Notes: generated by a model not told the origin, from the letters alone. Numbered from the stretch's first letter, positions 8,485 to 18,771 are shown. The stretch is 53,103 bases of DNA from an uncultured Ignavibacteriaceae bacterium (GCA_964581915.1 CAZOQR010000001.1:1-53103), one strand, 5' to 3'. A program made the numbers and translations.

Positions 8485-9567
8485 TTAAACAATCAGTTCA
8501 ATACCCGCGGACTTGGACGGAGAACTATTCCTTGTATTAATTTCAAGAATCAGATTTTTCGCTATGCTCCTGATAATTTTTCCCGAATCGGAATCAGGCT
8601 GGCTAAGCATGATCGGTTTACCCTTATCGCCCGTCACCCTGATTTCAGTATCAATCGGAATTTCACCGAGCAGTTTCACTTTGAATTCATCCGCAATCTT
8701 CCTCCCGCCGCCCTGTCCGAATATGTATTCCTTGTTTCCGTCGGGTGCAAGATAGTAACTCATGTTCTCTATGAAACCGAGATTCGGAACATTCACTTTC
8801 ACGAACATGTTGTGACCCTTGCGGGCGTCGGAAAGCGATATTTCCTGCGGAGTCGTTACTACAACCGAGCCCGTAAGCGGTATTGTCTGGCTGAGCGTCA
8901 GTTGAATGTCGCCCGTTCCCGGGGGCATGTCGAATAATAGAAAATCAAGTTCCTCCCAGAGCACTTCGCTCATGAACTGCTTGAGCGCGCTCGACGCCAT
9001 CGGTCCGCGCCAGACAACAGCGGAATTATCCTCGACAAGAAAACCAATCGACATGAGTTTAATTCCGTACTGGACAATCGGAAGCATCTTGTTCACTCCG
9101 TTAGATTGTATTACACGGGGTCTTTCGTTTATTCCGAGCATTATCGGAATCGAAGGACCGTAAATATCCGCGTCAATCAATCCTACTTTTGCTCCTTCAA
9201 GCGTCAGCGCAGCCGCTAGATTTACCGCGACCGTAGATTTTCCGACACCGCCCTTCCCGGACGCGACGGCAATAGTATTCTTAACTCCCGGTAATACGAC
9301 GTCCTTCTGCTTATTGTCGTGATTGACTATTCCCAGCATGAAATCCACGTCGACTTTTTTGATTTCAGGAATTTCCTCTATAATTTTTCCGGAAATCTTA
9401 TTCTTAATGCCCGGAAAATCACCGTAATCCATATCGGTTATCCCGAGTCGGAGACTGACTGAATCACCCTTAACTGCAACATCGAAAATAAATCCCAGAG
9501 ATGAAAAATCCTGGGAAAGAATTGGTTCGTTTATTTTTGCAAGTATGCTTCTGATTTTCTGTTCCAT
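8485..9567 (-). CDS. apbC: Mrp/ApbC family iron-sulfur cluster carrier ATPase
   Basis: Deviant Walker A VASGKGGVGKSTVAVNLA, a DUF59-like N-terminal region, and a typical MinD/Mrp core. Confidence 0.9.
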   Translation of the reverse strand: MEQKIRSILAKINEPILSQDFSSLGFIFDVAVKGDSVSLRLGITDMDYGDFPGIKNKISGKIIEEIPEIKKVDVDFMLGIVNHDNKQKDVVLPGVKNTIAVASGKGGVGKSTVAVNLAAALTLEGAKVGLIDADIYGPSIPIMLGINERPRVIQSNGVNKMLPIVQYGIKLMSIGFLVEDNSAVVWRGPMASSALKQFMSEVLWEELDFLLFDMPPGTGDIQLTLSQTIPLTGSVVVTTPQEISLSDARKGHNMFVKVNVPNLGFIENMSYYLAPDGNKEYIFGQGGGRKIADEFKVKLLGEIPIDTEIRVTGDKGKPIMLSQPDSDSGKIIRSIAKNLILEINTRNSSPSKSAGIELIV

Positions 9568-9711
9568 CTAATAATCCTGCTTAATTGATTTTATTTAAAA
9601 TACACAAATTTTTACTAAAAATATAACAAAACAGAGTCTTAAAAGATTTAATTTTTAATAAATTGAATGTGTCGATACAATTAAATAATTTTAGGTATTA
9701 ATCGAAATACA

Positions 9712-10314
9712 TTGAACAAAAAAGCAAAATTTTGGCTGGCGCTGCTTGTGCTGGCGGCTGTCGTCTGGCTCGGAGCGATAAATATTCGCGGATTAATCGG
9801 AAACGATTTGCTGAATTACGATGAATTCAGTTTCCGCACGAGCATTCCGCCCGACGAAGAGAACTGGATATTCCGGATGCTGTCGCATACATCGCTTGTA
9901 GTGCTCGGCGCGTACATTGTGGTTTTGTTTTCCGCTGTAATGTTCGTCTCCAAAGCGAGAGTAAACCTCAGGGAAAATCCCTGGTATCTTATGTGCTGCA
10001 TTTTATTTTTCGCTTTCGTCCCGATAGAAATCTACACTTCCTATCTTGACGTGAAGTTTTATCTGCTCTACCTGACGAACCCGCCCGTGCACGATGAACT
10101 TCTGAAAATTTTCGGAGAGAGAATCGGATTTCTGAAAGGCGTGCCCTGGATAGCGCTGTTTTCATACTATTCAATAATTTTTATCGCCGTCTTTCAACCG
10201 ATGAAAAAGAGTCTGCGCAAACTTGCCGAAGAAAAGAAAATTTACAGGGAAGAATACTCATACAAGTATTTCATGCACGATGACGATGATTTAAAACACG
10301 AATACCTGAAATGA
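9712..10314 (+). CDS. hypothetical integral membrane protein
   Basis: 200-aa ORF with a TTG start and about 4 hydrophobic helices. I recognise no family. The stop overlaps the next start (ATGA). Confidence 0.55.
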   Translation: MNKKAKFWLALLVLAAVVWLGAINIRGLIGNDLLNYDEFSFRTSIPPDEENWIFRMLSHTSLVVLGAYIVVLFSAVMFVSKARVNLRENPWYLMCCILFFAFVPIEIYTSYLDVKFYLLYLTNPPVHDELLKIFGERIGFLKGVPWIALFSYYSIIFIAVFQPMKKSLRKLAEEKKIYREEYSYKYFMHDDDDLKHEYLK

Positions 10315-10616
10315 GCAAAGTAATAAAGAAATCACAGATAAAGCAGATAGACGAGAAGCAGGAGTTGCTCATTAAAGAACTCATCGAGGTTTTCAACCTC
10401 ATAGGTTACACGGTAAGAATCGAGAAAGGACTCTTCAAAGGAGGCTTTTGCCTTCTCCGCGAGCAGAAACTATTCCTGCTCAACAGGAACATCGAGCCTG
10501 CAAAGAAAATTACATTTCTTGCCAGAAGCCTCGCCGAGTTGAACGTTGACAGCATTTACCTGAAACCCAACATACGCGAGGTTATCGACAGAGAAAGCCA
10601 GAACACACTTTTATAA
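10311..10616 (+). CDS. hypothetical small soluble protein
   Basis: 101-aa ORF, translationally coupled to the upstream membrane protein. I recognise no family. Confidence 0.5.
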   Translation: MSKVIKKSQIKQIDEKQELLIKELIEVFNLIGYTVRIEKGLFKGGFCLLREQKLFLLNRNIEPAKKITFLARSLAELNVDSIYLKPNIREVIDRESQNTLL

Positions 10617-10637
10617 TTTACGAAATAATCTGACCGG

Positions 10638-11405
10638 ATGAAAATAACTGTACTTGGAAGCGGAACTTCACAGGGCGTGCCGATTATAGGTTGCGGATGC
10701 CGAACCTGTATTTCCGAAAATCCAAAAGATAAAAGATTAAGGGCTTCTGTTTTTGTAAAAGAAAAAGATACGGGTCTGCTTATAGACACTTCCATTGATT
10801 TCAGGCAGCAGATGCTGAGAGCGGGAATAACAGACCTCGACGGAATTCTGTTCACGCATCACCACGTCGACCACATTTTCGGGCTTGACGATTTGAGGCA
10901 AATTAACCAGAGACATAAAAAATGGGTGGACGTGTTCGGAAACAAACTAACTCTCGATGAAATAAAGGTTACTTTCAGGTACGCGCTCGACGAAGAATTA
11001 ATAAGTTACTGGGCGGTGCCGCTGATGAGGTTTAATTATCTGGCAAACAGGGAATTCGAATTCAGAGGCATAAAAATTATTCCCATCGAAGTTTTTCACG
11101 GAAGAATAAAAATATTAGGATACAGAATCGGCAAATTCGCGTACATAACGGATTGCAGCCGCATCCCCGATGAGGAAATGAAAAAACTCGAAGGGCTTGA
11201 CGTCCTGATTCTTAATTCATTAAGGCGCGCGCCGCACCCGACGCATTTCAACGTCGAACAGGCAACCGATATCGCTCTTAAATTAAAACCTAAGCAAACA
11301 TATTTTACTCACATTACACACGACCTGATTCACGACGAAACGAACGCGGGGCTCCCCGACGGCATTGAACTCGCTTATGACGGTCTGGAAATAAATATCG
11401 ATTGA
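10638..11405 (+). CDS. MBL-fold metallo-hydrolase (PhnP-like, COG1235)
   Basis: MKITVLGSGTSQGVP N-terminus with a CGCRTC zinc knuckle and an HHHVDH metal motif. Confidence 0.8.
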   Translation: MKITVLGSGTSQGVPIIGCGCRTCISENPKDKRLRASVFVKEKDTGLLIDTSIDFRQQMLRAGITDLDGILFTHHHVDHIFGLDDLRQINQRHKKWVDVFGNKLTLDEIKVTFRYALDEELISYWAVPLMRFNYLANREFEFRGIKIIPIEVFHGRIKILGYRIGKFAYITDCSRIPDEEMKKLEGLDVLILNSLRRAPHPTHFNVEQATDIALKLKPKQTYFTHITHDLIHDETNAGLPDGIELAYDGLEINID

Positions 11406-11406
11406 A

Positions 11407-12180
11407 ATGAAAAATACACTTTACAGGTCTCTTGAAGAAAGCGGCAGAATACTTAAAGAATACATGGATAAAGACTTCGCCGTCGAGAGCAAGGACATAA
11501 TATCGAATCTTGTTACCGAAGTTGACAAGCGCTCCGAAGCAAGAATAATCGAAATCGTAAAAGCCCGATTCCCGAATCATAACATTCTATCGGAGGAAAT
11601 CGGCGCAATTGACAGGGACTCCGACACTAAATGGATAATCGACCCTATTGACGGCACGATTAATTACGCTCACGGAATTCAGATATGCTGCGTTTCAATC
11701 GGTATCGAGAAGGCTGGCGAAATAATAATGGGAGGGATTTTAAATCCTTTCAGCGGCGAACTGTTTTTCGCCGAAAAAGGCAAGGGCTCATTTCTCAACG
11801 ACAGGAGAATCAAGGTATCGACTGAAACGATAATCGATAAATCCCTTCTCGTAACCGGGTTTCCTTACAACACAGGCAACAATCCGAATAACCCCGTCGA
11901 AGTATTCGCTGCTTTCGTGAACAAGGACATCCCGATTCGCAGGCTCGGCTCGGCGGCATTGGATATATGCTGGACGGCTTGCGGCAGGTTTGACGGATTC
12001 TGGGAATATAACCTGAACCCGTGGGACGTTGCGGCAGGCTGCCTCATTCTGACCGAAGCAGGAGGCAAAGTAACGGATTTTCACGGAAAGGAATATTCAA
12101 TCTACGGGAAAGAAATACTCGCTACAAACGGACTCATACACAATGAAATGCTGCGGGTCATTCACGGTGTCAGGAAGTAG
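11407..12180 (+). CDS. suhB: inositol monophosphatase family protein
   Basis: The motifs ILSEE, WIIDPIDGTINY and WDVAAG are characteristic of the IMPase/SuhB family. Confidence 0.85.
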   Translation: MKNTLYRSLEESGRILKEYMDKDFAVESKDIISNLVTEVDKRSEARIIEIVKARFPNHNILSEEIGAIDRDSDTKWIIDPIDGTINYAHGIQICCVSIGIEKAGEIIMGGILNPFSGELFFAEKGKGSFLNDRRIKVSTETIIDKSLLVTGFPYNTGNNPNNPVEVFAAFVNKDIPIRRLGSAALDICWTACGRFDGFWEYNLNPWDVAAGCLILTEAGGKVTDFHGKEYSIYGKEILATNGLIHNEMLRVIHGVRK

Positions 12181-12195
12181 CAATCTCCGCTCATA

Positions 12196-12224
12196 TTTAC
12201 AATTTCTTAACAATTGCGTAATAC
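12196..12224 (+). promoter_or_regulatory. candidate Pho-box-like direct repeats upstream of pstS
   Basis: TTTACA (12196-12201) and TTAACA (12207-12212) lie 11 bp apart, followed by TAATAC. This resembles Bacillus-type PhoP TT(A/T)ACA repeats. It is a pattern match only. Confidence 0.25.
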
Positions 12225-12284
12225 CGCGATAAACTTCATTTTAAAGTTTTGTATATGTTCAATTTAAAACTTTAAATAAAAACT

Positions 12285-13325
12285 ATGAAGTATTTAACTA
12301 TTTTCGTTTTGCTGTTCGCTTTTATCGCGGGTTCGTGCGGAAACAAAGACGAGCAGAAAGGTCCGTTGCAGATAAACGGCGCAGGCGCGACTTTCCCATT
12401 CCCGCTCTACTCTAAATGGTTCAGCGAATACTCGAAAGTAAACACCAATGCCAAGTTCAACTATCAGTCAATCGGCAGCGGCGGCGGAATCAAGCAGATT
12501 ACCGAAGGAACTGTGGATTTCGGAGCGACGGACAGCCCGATGACTCCCGAAGAGACTAAGAACGCGGAAACAAAGAGCGGCACGAAGATACTCCACATAC
12601 CTACGGTTCTAGGCGCGGTAGTGCTGACTTACAACTTACCCGGACTCGGCAAACCTCTCAACCTTTCCGGAGAGACTATCGCCGACATATACCTTGGAAA
12701 AATAAAGAAATGGAACGATCCCAAAATCGCGAAGGACAATGAAGGCGCGGCGCTCCCCGATAAAGACATTACGGTCGTGTTCAGAACAGACGGAAGCGGC
12801 ACTTCATACATTTTTACGGATTATCTCGGAGCAGTCAGTCCTGAGGCAAAGGAAAAAATCGGCGTCTCAAAGACACCTAAATTCGACGTCGGACAGGGCG
12901 GCAAGGGTAATGAAGGCGTTACGGGCGTCGTAAAACAGTTGGAATACTCTATCGGCTACGTCGAACTCATATACGCGATACAAAATAAACTGAATTACGC
13001 TAACGTAAAGAATTCCGAAAACGAGTTCATTACTCCAAGTCTTGAATCGGTAACGTTGGCGGGCAGCGTTTCAATTGCACAAATGCCCGAATCATTGACG
13101 ATGTCGATAATAAACGCGAAGGGCAAAGGCGCTTATCCAATAGCGAGTTACACTTATCTGCTCGTGTACGAAAAGAACAAGAGTGATGAGAAAGGTAAAC
13201 TCGTTAAATCATTCCTTGAATGGGCGCTCGGAGACGGACAGAAGTTCGCGAAAGACCTCGGATACTCTCCGCTGCCGGAAGAGTTGTCAAAGAAAGCGCT
13301 CGACAAGGTAAAAACTTTAAAATAA
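12285..13325 (+). CDS. pstS: phosphate ABC transporter substrate-binding lipoprotein
   Basis: Lipobox IAGSC. GAGATFPFPLYSKWFSEY and SIGSGGGIKQ are PstS signatures. Confidence 0.9.
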   Translation: MKYLTIFVLLFAFIAGSCGNKDEQKGPLQINGAGATFPFPLYSKWFSEYSKVNTNAKFNYQSIGSGGGIKQITEGTVDFGATDSPMTPEETKNAETKSGTKILHIPTVLGAVVLTYNLPGLGKPLNLSGETIADIYLGKIKKWNDPKIAKDNEGAALPDKDITVVFRTDGSGTSYIFTDYLGAVSPEAKEKIGVSKTPKFDVGQGGKGNEGVTGVVKQLEYSIGYVELIYAIQNKLNYANVKNSENEFITPSLESVTLAGSVSIAQMPESLTMSIINAKGKGAYPIASYTYLLVYEKNKSDEKGKLVKSFLEWALGDGQKFAKDLGYSPLPEELSKKALDKVKTLK

Positions 13326-13346
13326 AACAAACGGATAATAAGGATT

Positions 13347-14690
13347 ATGAAAAAACTATTTATATTTCTGACAATAACAATTCTTGCCCTCGGCGTTAAT
13401 CTTCACGCTCAGGACAAGAAAACGGAATTCAAGCCGGAGGTTAAAATCGGCGGGACGATTTTCTCCGGTTTTACTTATAATGCGGACGATGCCGATTTTA
13501 TCGGCAGGCTTGATACCGCGGCGGGATATAACCCCGGCACGGCATTCGGTTTCAATCCCGTAAAGAACCAGTTTGAGACGGGAAGAAACTCTTTCAATCT
13601 CGACAGGGCTTACATAAACATTAAAGCGACGCTTACGCCTCAGATAAGCGCGAGGATTACACCCGACATCACTTCTGTTAAGGACGGCGACGGAACAACC
13701 CAGTGGACGTATCAGTTGAAGTACGGATTCATAGACTATACTCCCCTTTCACTCGAAAACGGCACGACGCTTACAATGGAAATCGGCGTTCTCCCGAATT
13801 ACTGGATAAACAACGTTGAAAGATATTATGGCTGGAGAGGCGTACAGAAGACACTTACAGACTATGCCTGGACACTGTCGGCAGGAGTAAACGGCGACAA
13901 GGTCACGAGAAAAACCGGCTCGTATTTCTCGAGCGCGGACCTTGGGATGACACTTAAATTCTCCTTTCCTTCGAAGATTGCCGACCTGAACATCGCGCTG
14001 CTGAACGGAAACGGTTACAAGAACATTTCATTCGACCAGAACAGGTTTAAAGATTTTATGGTAACAGGATTCATTTACCCGTTAAGCGGCATAATAAAGA
14101 AAAATATGGACGCCGCGAAAAAACTTAACAAGACAAGAATTGACGGAATTTCGGATTTAACTGTCGGAGGTTTCGCTTATCTTGGAAAACTTTCAAGCAG
14201 TGAATTTGGCGTAGCGAACGGCGGAATGTACAGGAACGACAGGTTCGGCGGTATGCTTAACTTTAAATATAATTTCAGGAATTTCGGCTATGTTAAGATT
14301 GGCGGAGAGTTCAGCCTGATGTCGAATACGATTCCAAACGCCGTACCCGGAGGATTTATCGATTCTTCTTACACCGCGCAGGGCCTGTCGACATGGTTCG
14401 AATTCAATCCTCCGATTGAGGAACTTCAGGAAAAACTGATGCTGACTTTCAGGTACGACGCTTTTGACCCGAATACAACAAAGCCCGGTTCGAACCTCAC
14501 AGGATTCACGGGCGATGCAAATAAGCAGTCGCTTATGATAATGGGACTGATGTTCAAACCTTCTTCCGTCCTTACTCTCGGATTGAATTACCAGATGCTT
14601 ACATTTGACAAAGAATATATCGTGAATTATGACGGCACTACTAAGAAGAACCTTAGCAGACTATACTTCAACACGATAATAGATTTTTAG
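13347..14690 (+). CDS. putative outer-membrane porin (possibly phosphate-selective, from context)
   Basis: Signal peptide, alternating beta-strand pattern and a C-terminal ...NTIIDF. It lies immediately downstream of pstS. Confidence 0.6.
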   Translation: MKKLFIFLTITILALGVNLHAQDKKTEFKPEVKIGGTIFSGFTYNADDADFIGRLDTAAGYNPGTAFGFNPVKNQFETGRNSFNLDRAYINIKATLTPQISARITPDITSVKDGDGTTQWTYQLKYGFIDYTPLSLENGTTLTMEIGVLPNYWINNVERYYGWRGVQKTLTDYAWTLSAGVNGDKVTRKTGSYFSSADLGMTLKFSFPSKIADLNIALLNGNGYKNISFDQNRFKDFMVTGFIYPLSGIIKKNMDAAKKLNKTRIDGISDLTVGGFAYLGKLSSSEFGVANGGMYRNDRFGGMLNFKYNFRNFGYVKIGGEFSLMSNTIPNAVPGGFIDSSYTAQGLSTWFEFNPPIEELQEKLMLTFRYDAFDPNTTKPGSNLTGFTGDANKQSLMIMGLMFKPSSVLTLGLNYQMLTFDKEYIVNYDGTTKKNLSRLYFNTIIDF

Positions 14691-14710
14691 CGCAGCCTTT
14701 CATTTAAAAA

Positions 14711-14740
14711 GGCGGGTCAGCACTTGCTGCCCGCCTTTTG
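14711..14740. terminator. bidirectional intrinsic terminator (porin / leuS)
   Basis: GGCGGGTCAGCA-CT-TGCTGCCCGCC hairpin, flanked by AAAAA on one side and TTTTGCATTTTT on the other. Confidence 0.7.
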
Positions 14741-14758
14741 CATTTTTGATATAAAAAT

Positions 14759-17425
14759 TTATTTCACTACTATATTGACCATTTTATTTTTCACTACGAT
14801 TATCTTCACTATGTCCTTACCGAAAATATGCTTTTTCACGGAATCGTCGTCAAATGCAAGTTGCTCGAGGTCCTTTTCGCTGAGGTCCGCGTCCACGCTT
14901 CTCTTTGACCTTACTTTTCCGTTTACGGAGAAAGCGACGGTTATCTGCTCCGCCTTTGTCAAGGCTTCGTCGTACTCGGGCCATTTATGATAGGCAAGAG
15001 ATTCATTGTTTCCGAGCCTCTGCCACAGTTCTTCTGAAATGTGCGGCGCGTAAGGAGAAAGCAGAAGCACGAACTGCTCTATGACTTCCCTGCTTACCCT
15101 TTCCATCTTATACATTTCATTGACGAAAATCATCATCTGCGCAATCGAGGTGTTGAATTTCATGTCACCGTCCTCGATATCACGCGTCATTTTCTTAATC
15201 GTGGAGTGAAGCATTTTCTTCTGCTCGCCCGTAGGTTCCTCATCTGCAATCCTGGAATTTATTTCACCCGTTCTGTCGTCTATAACCAGTCTCCAGACAC
15301 GGCTTAGGAACCTGTGAAGCCCCGCGATTCCCTCAGTGCTCCAGGGCTTTGTGGCTTCGAGGGGACCCATGAACATTTCGAACATCCTCATCGAATCCGC
15401 GCCGTATTCCCGTATCATGTCGTCGGGATTTATTACGTTGCCTCTCGACTTGCTCATCTTTACTCCGTCTTCGCCGAGTATCATTCCCTGATTGAAAAGC
15501 ACGTTGAAGGGCTCCCGCGTTGTAAGATATCCGAGGTCAAAAAGAACCTTGTGCCAGAACCGGGCGTACAGAAGATGAAGCACCGCATGCTCGGAACCGC
15601 CTATGTAAAGGTCAACGGGCATCCAGTATTTTTCCTTCTCGATATCGCAGAAAATCTCGCCGTTTTTCGGATCTATGTAACGAAGAAAATACCAGCAGGA
15701 ACCCGCCCACTGGGGCATCGTATTGGTTTCCCTTTTGACTTTTTCCCCTGTCTCCTTATCGGTCGTATGAAGCCAGTCTTCGATTAAAGAGAGCGGAGAT
15801 TCGCCCGTCTTGCTTGTTGTATAAGAACTCACGACGGGAAGCCTTACCGGAAGGTCTTCCTCCTTAAGCGCTTTAATCCTGCCGTCATCAAAATGCACAA
15901 GCGGAAAAGGCTCGCCCCAGAACCTCTGTCTTGAAAAAAGCCAGTCGCGAAGCCTGTAATTTGTACTCCTCTTTCCGATTCCTTTTTCTTCGAGCCATTT
16001 AATCATTTTTTCCTTTGCCTCTGCTGTGGGCAAGCCTGTAAGGAAACCTGAATTAATCGAATAACCTTCGCCCGTGAAACTTGTCTTTCCGCTTTTTATT
16101 TCCTCACAGTAATTTATAAATTCCTTCGCGTCGCCGTTAAGCATTTTCCCGAGACCCTTGCCTGATATAATTATTTCACCTTCCTCGGTCCTTACTTTTC
16201 TGAACGCGGCGTCTTTGTATTCCGCGGGAGTAACGACGGGAATTATGTCAAGCCCGAACTTCACGGCAAATTCCATGTCCCTTTCATCGTGTCCCGGAAC
16301 GCTCATTATCGCGCCCGTTCCGTAACTCATGAGAACATAATCCGATATAAAAATCGGAATTTCTATTCCGCTTGCGGGATTAACCGCGTGGGCGCCGGTA
16401 AACACGCCCGTCTTATCCTTGGATAATTCGGCTCTCTCAAGGTCTGATTTTCTCGATGCTTCCTCTATGTAATTCTGAACCGCTTCTTTCTGCTCGTCCG
16501 AAACTATTTCAGGAATTATTTTATGCTCGGGCGCGAATACCATGTATGTCGCTCCGAACAGCGTGTCCGGGCGCGTCGTGAACACTTCTATGCTTCTGTT
16601 CTTTCCGTCGCTGCTTTTTATCTCAAACTTTACGGTTGCGCCGTCGCTTCTTCCTATCCAGTTATACTGGAGTTTCTTTATGTTCTCGGGCCAATGAAGT
16701 TCATCGAGGTCGTCGAGAAGCCTCTGCGCGTATTTTGTAATTCTCAGTTTCCACTGTTTCATCATCCTTCTGACTACAGTGAAACCCTTTTCGATTTGCT
16801 CCGGCACTTCTTCGTTTGCAAGAACTGTTCCGAGTTCGGGGCACCAGTTCACGGGCGATTCCGATATGAACGCGAGTCTCTGCGAATCGACAAATTTTGT
16901 CTCCGCGGCTTCGTCAAGTCCCGACGGAATTTCGAGTTCTTCAATTGGTTTTGCTTTATTCTCGTTTACGTCGAAGTATGAATTGTAAAGTTTAAGAAAC
17001 ATCCACTGAGTCCATTTGTAGTACTCTTCGTCCGTCGTGTTCACTTCCCTGTCCCAGTCGTATGAAAAACCGAGCGCCTGCAATTGCGAGCGGAATCTCT
17101 TTACGCATTCTTCGACCCCGACTTTAGGATTGATTTTTTTCTTTAGCGCGAACTGCTCGGCGGGAAGACCGAAAGCGTCCCAGCCCATCGGGTGAAGAAC
17201 GTTGTATCCCCTCATTCTCTTGTAACGCGATATGATGTCCGTTGCCGTGTATCCTTCGGGATGTCCCACGTGAAGCCCGTCTCCGCTCGGATACGGGAGC
17301 ATGTCCAGAACGTAGTATTTTGGTTTCGATTTATCGAGTTCGTCTATTTCCGGTGTTCTGAAAGTCTTGTTGTTGATCCAGAAATCCTGCCACTTCTTTT
17401 CAATCTGTAAATGCTCGTATTTCAT
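14759..17425 (-). CDS. leuS: leucine--tRNA ligase
   Basis: 888 aa. It has the class I HIGH-type motif (GDGLHVGHPEGY) and KMSKS (VKMSKSRGN), with a typical LeuS N-terminus. Confidence 0.97.
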   Translation of the reverse strand: MKYEHLQIEKKWQDFWINNKTFRTPEIDELDKSKPKYYVLDMLPYPSGDGLHVGHPEGYTATDIISRYKRMRGYNVLHPMGWDAFGLPAEQFALKKKINPKVGVEECVKRFRSQLQALGFSYDWDREVNTTDEEYYKWTQWMFLKLYNSYFDVNENKAKPIEELEIPSGLDEAAETKFVDSQRLAFISESPVNWCPELGTVLANEEVPEQIEKGFTVVRRMMKQWKLRITKYAQRLLDDLDELHWPENIKKLQYNWIGRSDGATVKFEIKSSDGKNRSIEVFTTRPDTLFGATYMVFAPEHKIIPEIVSDEQKEAVQNYIEEASRKSDLERAELSKDKTGVFTGAHAVNPASGIEIPIFISDYVLMSYGTGAIMSVPGHDERDMEFAVKFGLDIIPVVTPAEYKDAAFRKVRTEEGEIIISGKGLGKMLNGDAKEFINYCEEIKSGKTSFTGEGYSINSGFLTGLPTAEAKEKMIKWLEEKGIGKRSTNYRLRDWLFSRQRFWGEPFPLVHFDDGRIKALKEEDLPVRLPVVSSYTTSKTGESPLSLIEDWLHTTDKETGEKVKRETNTMPQWAGSCWYFLRYIDPKNGEIFCDIEKEKYWMPVDLYIGGSEHAVLHLLYARFWHKVLFDLGYLTTREPFNVLFNQGMILGEDGVKMSKSRGNVINPDDMIREYGADSMRMFEMFMGPLEATKPWSTEGIAGLHRFLSRVWRLVIDDRTGEINSRIADEEPTGEQKKMLHSTIKKMTRDIEDGDMKFNTSIAQMMIFVNEMYKMERVSREVIEQFVLLLSPYAPHISEELWQRLGNNESLAYHKWPEYDEALTKAEQITVAFSVNGKVRSKRSVDADLSEKDLEQLAFDDDSVKKHIFGKDIVKIIVVKNKMVNIVVK

Positions 17426-17439
17426 CTTATGATTATGTT

Positions 17440-17901
17440 TTACTTTCTAAATTTTTCGATTAATTCTTCGAGAAAAGCGCTGTCGGCTTTGGGACCCAAC
17501 TGCGTGGATATAAAGCCCTGATATTTTTCAAAAAAAACATTGCCTTCGGGTATCATTGTCTTGAAATCACTGCCTACGCCGTGCAGCGGATAGAGTTTTA
17601 TGTGAGCGTGATTCACCCCCATACCTTCGATGACCATCGCCGTCCTCGACACCTTGAGTTTTTCATCAAGAAGTTTTCCGACATGTTTGGCAGCGAGTAT
17701 GAATCTCAGGTAAACCTCATCCGGCATATTGAAAGCGTATGAGTCATAGTGCTCCTTCGAAATGACAAGAGTCATTCCTTTTGTATTCGGGTATAAATCA
17801 AGAATTGCGAAGAACTCTTCATTTTCCCATAATTTAAATGAGGGAATGTCCCCTCTTGAAATCTTGCAAAAAATGCAGTCCTCTTTTTCCATATATTTCA
17901 T
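17440..17901 (-). CDS. HIT family protein (atypical H-x-H-x-K triad)
   Basis: CIFCKI zinc-knuckle-like N-terminus and a GVNHAHIKLYP motif. I prefer the ATG at 17901 (or 17892) over the ORF-track start at 17961, whose extra 20 aa look like read-through. Confidence 0.85.
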   Translation of the reverse strand: MKYMEKEDCIFCKISRGDIPSFKLWENEEFFAILDLYPNTKGMTLVISKEHYDSYAFNMPDEVYLRFILAAKHVGKLLDEKLKVSRTAMVIEGMGVNHAHIKLYPLHGVGSDFKTMIPEGNVFFEKYQGFISTQLGPKADSAFLEELIEKFRK

Positions 17902-18114
17902 TAAATTTCGAAAAAGAATAACAATAAATTTACCATATAAAACCGAGAATATCAGCAGCAAAAGATGCGGATTTTCTTCGCGTTTTTTGATTATATATGA
18001 TGTCTGAATGGACGAATGCGTATGACTTTATATTGCGCGGCGATTACCGGATTGCTTTTTAAACCGGTTATTGCGCGTTAGAATTTTTCTTTTCCGGATT
18101 TTGTCTTTTTCCAT

Positions 18115-18771
18115 TTAGAATTTCATCGTAATACCGCCGATGCCGGTAACAAATGAAGTGCAGCCGTTATTTTCAAAAACAGAGTTTAACTTGGATTTAA
18201 TCGTAAAGAAAAGATTGTTGCTTATAACAAGTTCGGCTCCGATTCCAATGTTGCCGCCGAGACTGACTCTGCGAACCGATTCATAAATATCTTTAGGGTC
18301 GCGTCTTGTCGGTTTTCTGCCCTTAGGATCGATGTTCGACTCATAATATAATCCTGATGGACGCTGAACAAACACGTAAGGTCCGAATCCAGACTCAAAA
18401 AACAGACTCGACCTGCAGCAGTATGGTTTTATAAGATAATATCTGGCGCCGATTGTTGATTCAAAATACCCGGAATTCGTAGCCGCGCTGTCTTTTGCGG
18501 TAAGAAAATTATACCTCATTTCGAGATATATCGCTAATTCAGTATTTACTCTGTATGAGATATCCATCCCGATATTGCCGCTTGTATAATTGCGTGACGC
18601 AAGATACGGATTTACTGGCTGGATAAAACCTGATTGAACCGTGAACTGAAAATAATCTGTATATTTGAAACCGATTAATTCGGCATTTGTGTTCTTTTCT
18701 GATGATGGATTCTGTGGATATACGATTGAAACGCAGAGAAATACTGAAATAAGAATTAATATCTTTTTCAT
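18115..18771 (-). CDS. outer-membrane beta-barrel protein (small porin-like)
   Basis: Signal peptide, amphipathic strands and a terminal ...ITMKF. Confidence 0.6.
   Translation of the reverse strand: MKKILILISVFLCVSIVYPQNPSSEKNTNAELIGFKYTDYFQFTVQSGFIQPVNPYLASRNYTSGNIGMDISYRVNTELAIYLEMRYNFLTAKDSAATNSGYFESTIGARYYLIKPYCCRSSLFFESGFGPYVFVQRPSGLYYESNIDPKGRKPTRRDPKDIYESVRRVSLGGNIGIGAELVISNNLFFTIKSKLNSVFENNGCTSFVTGIGGITMKF

Noticed and set aside
15314-16981. 157-aa and 152-aa ORFs on the + strand
   Set aside because: Both are antisense to leuS; shadow ORFs.
17902-17961. N-terminal extension of the HIT gene
   Set aside because: It is a hydrophobic 20-aa extension with no counterpart in HIT proteins. 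The CxxC N-terminus follows the internal ATG.
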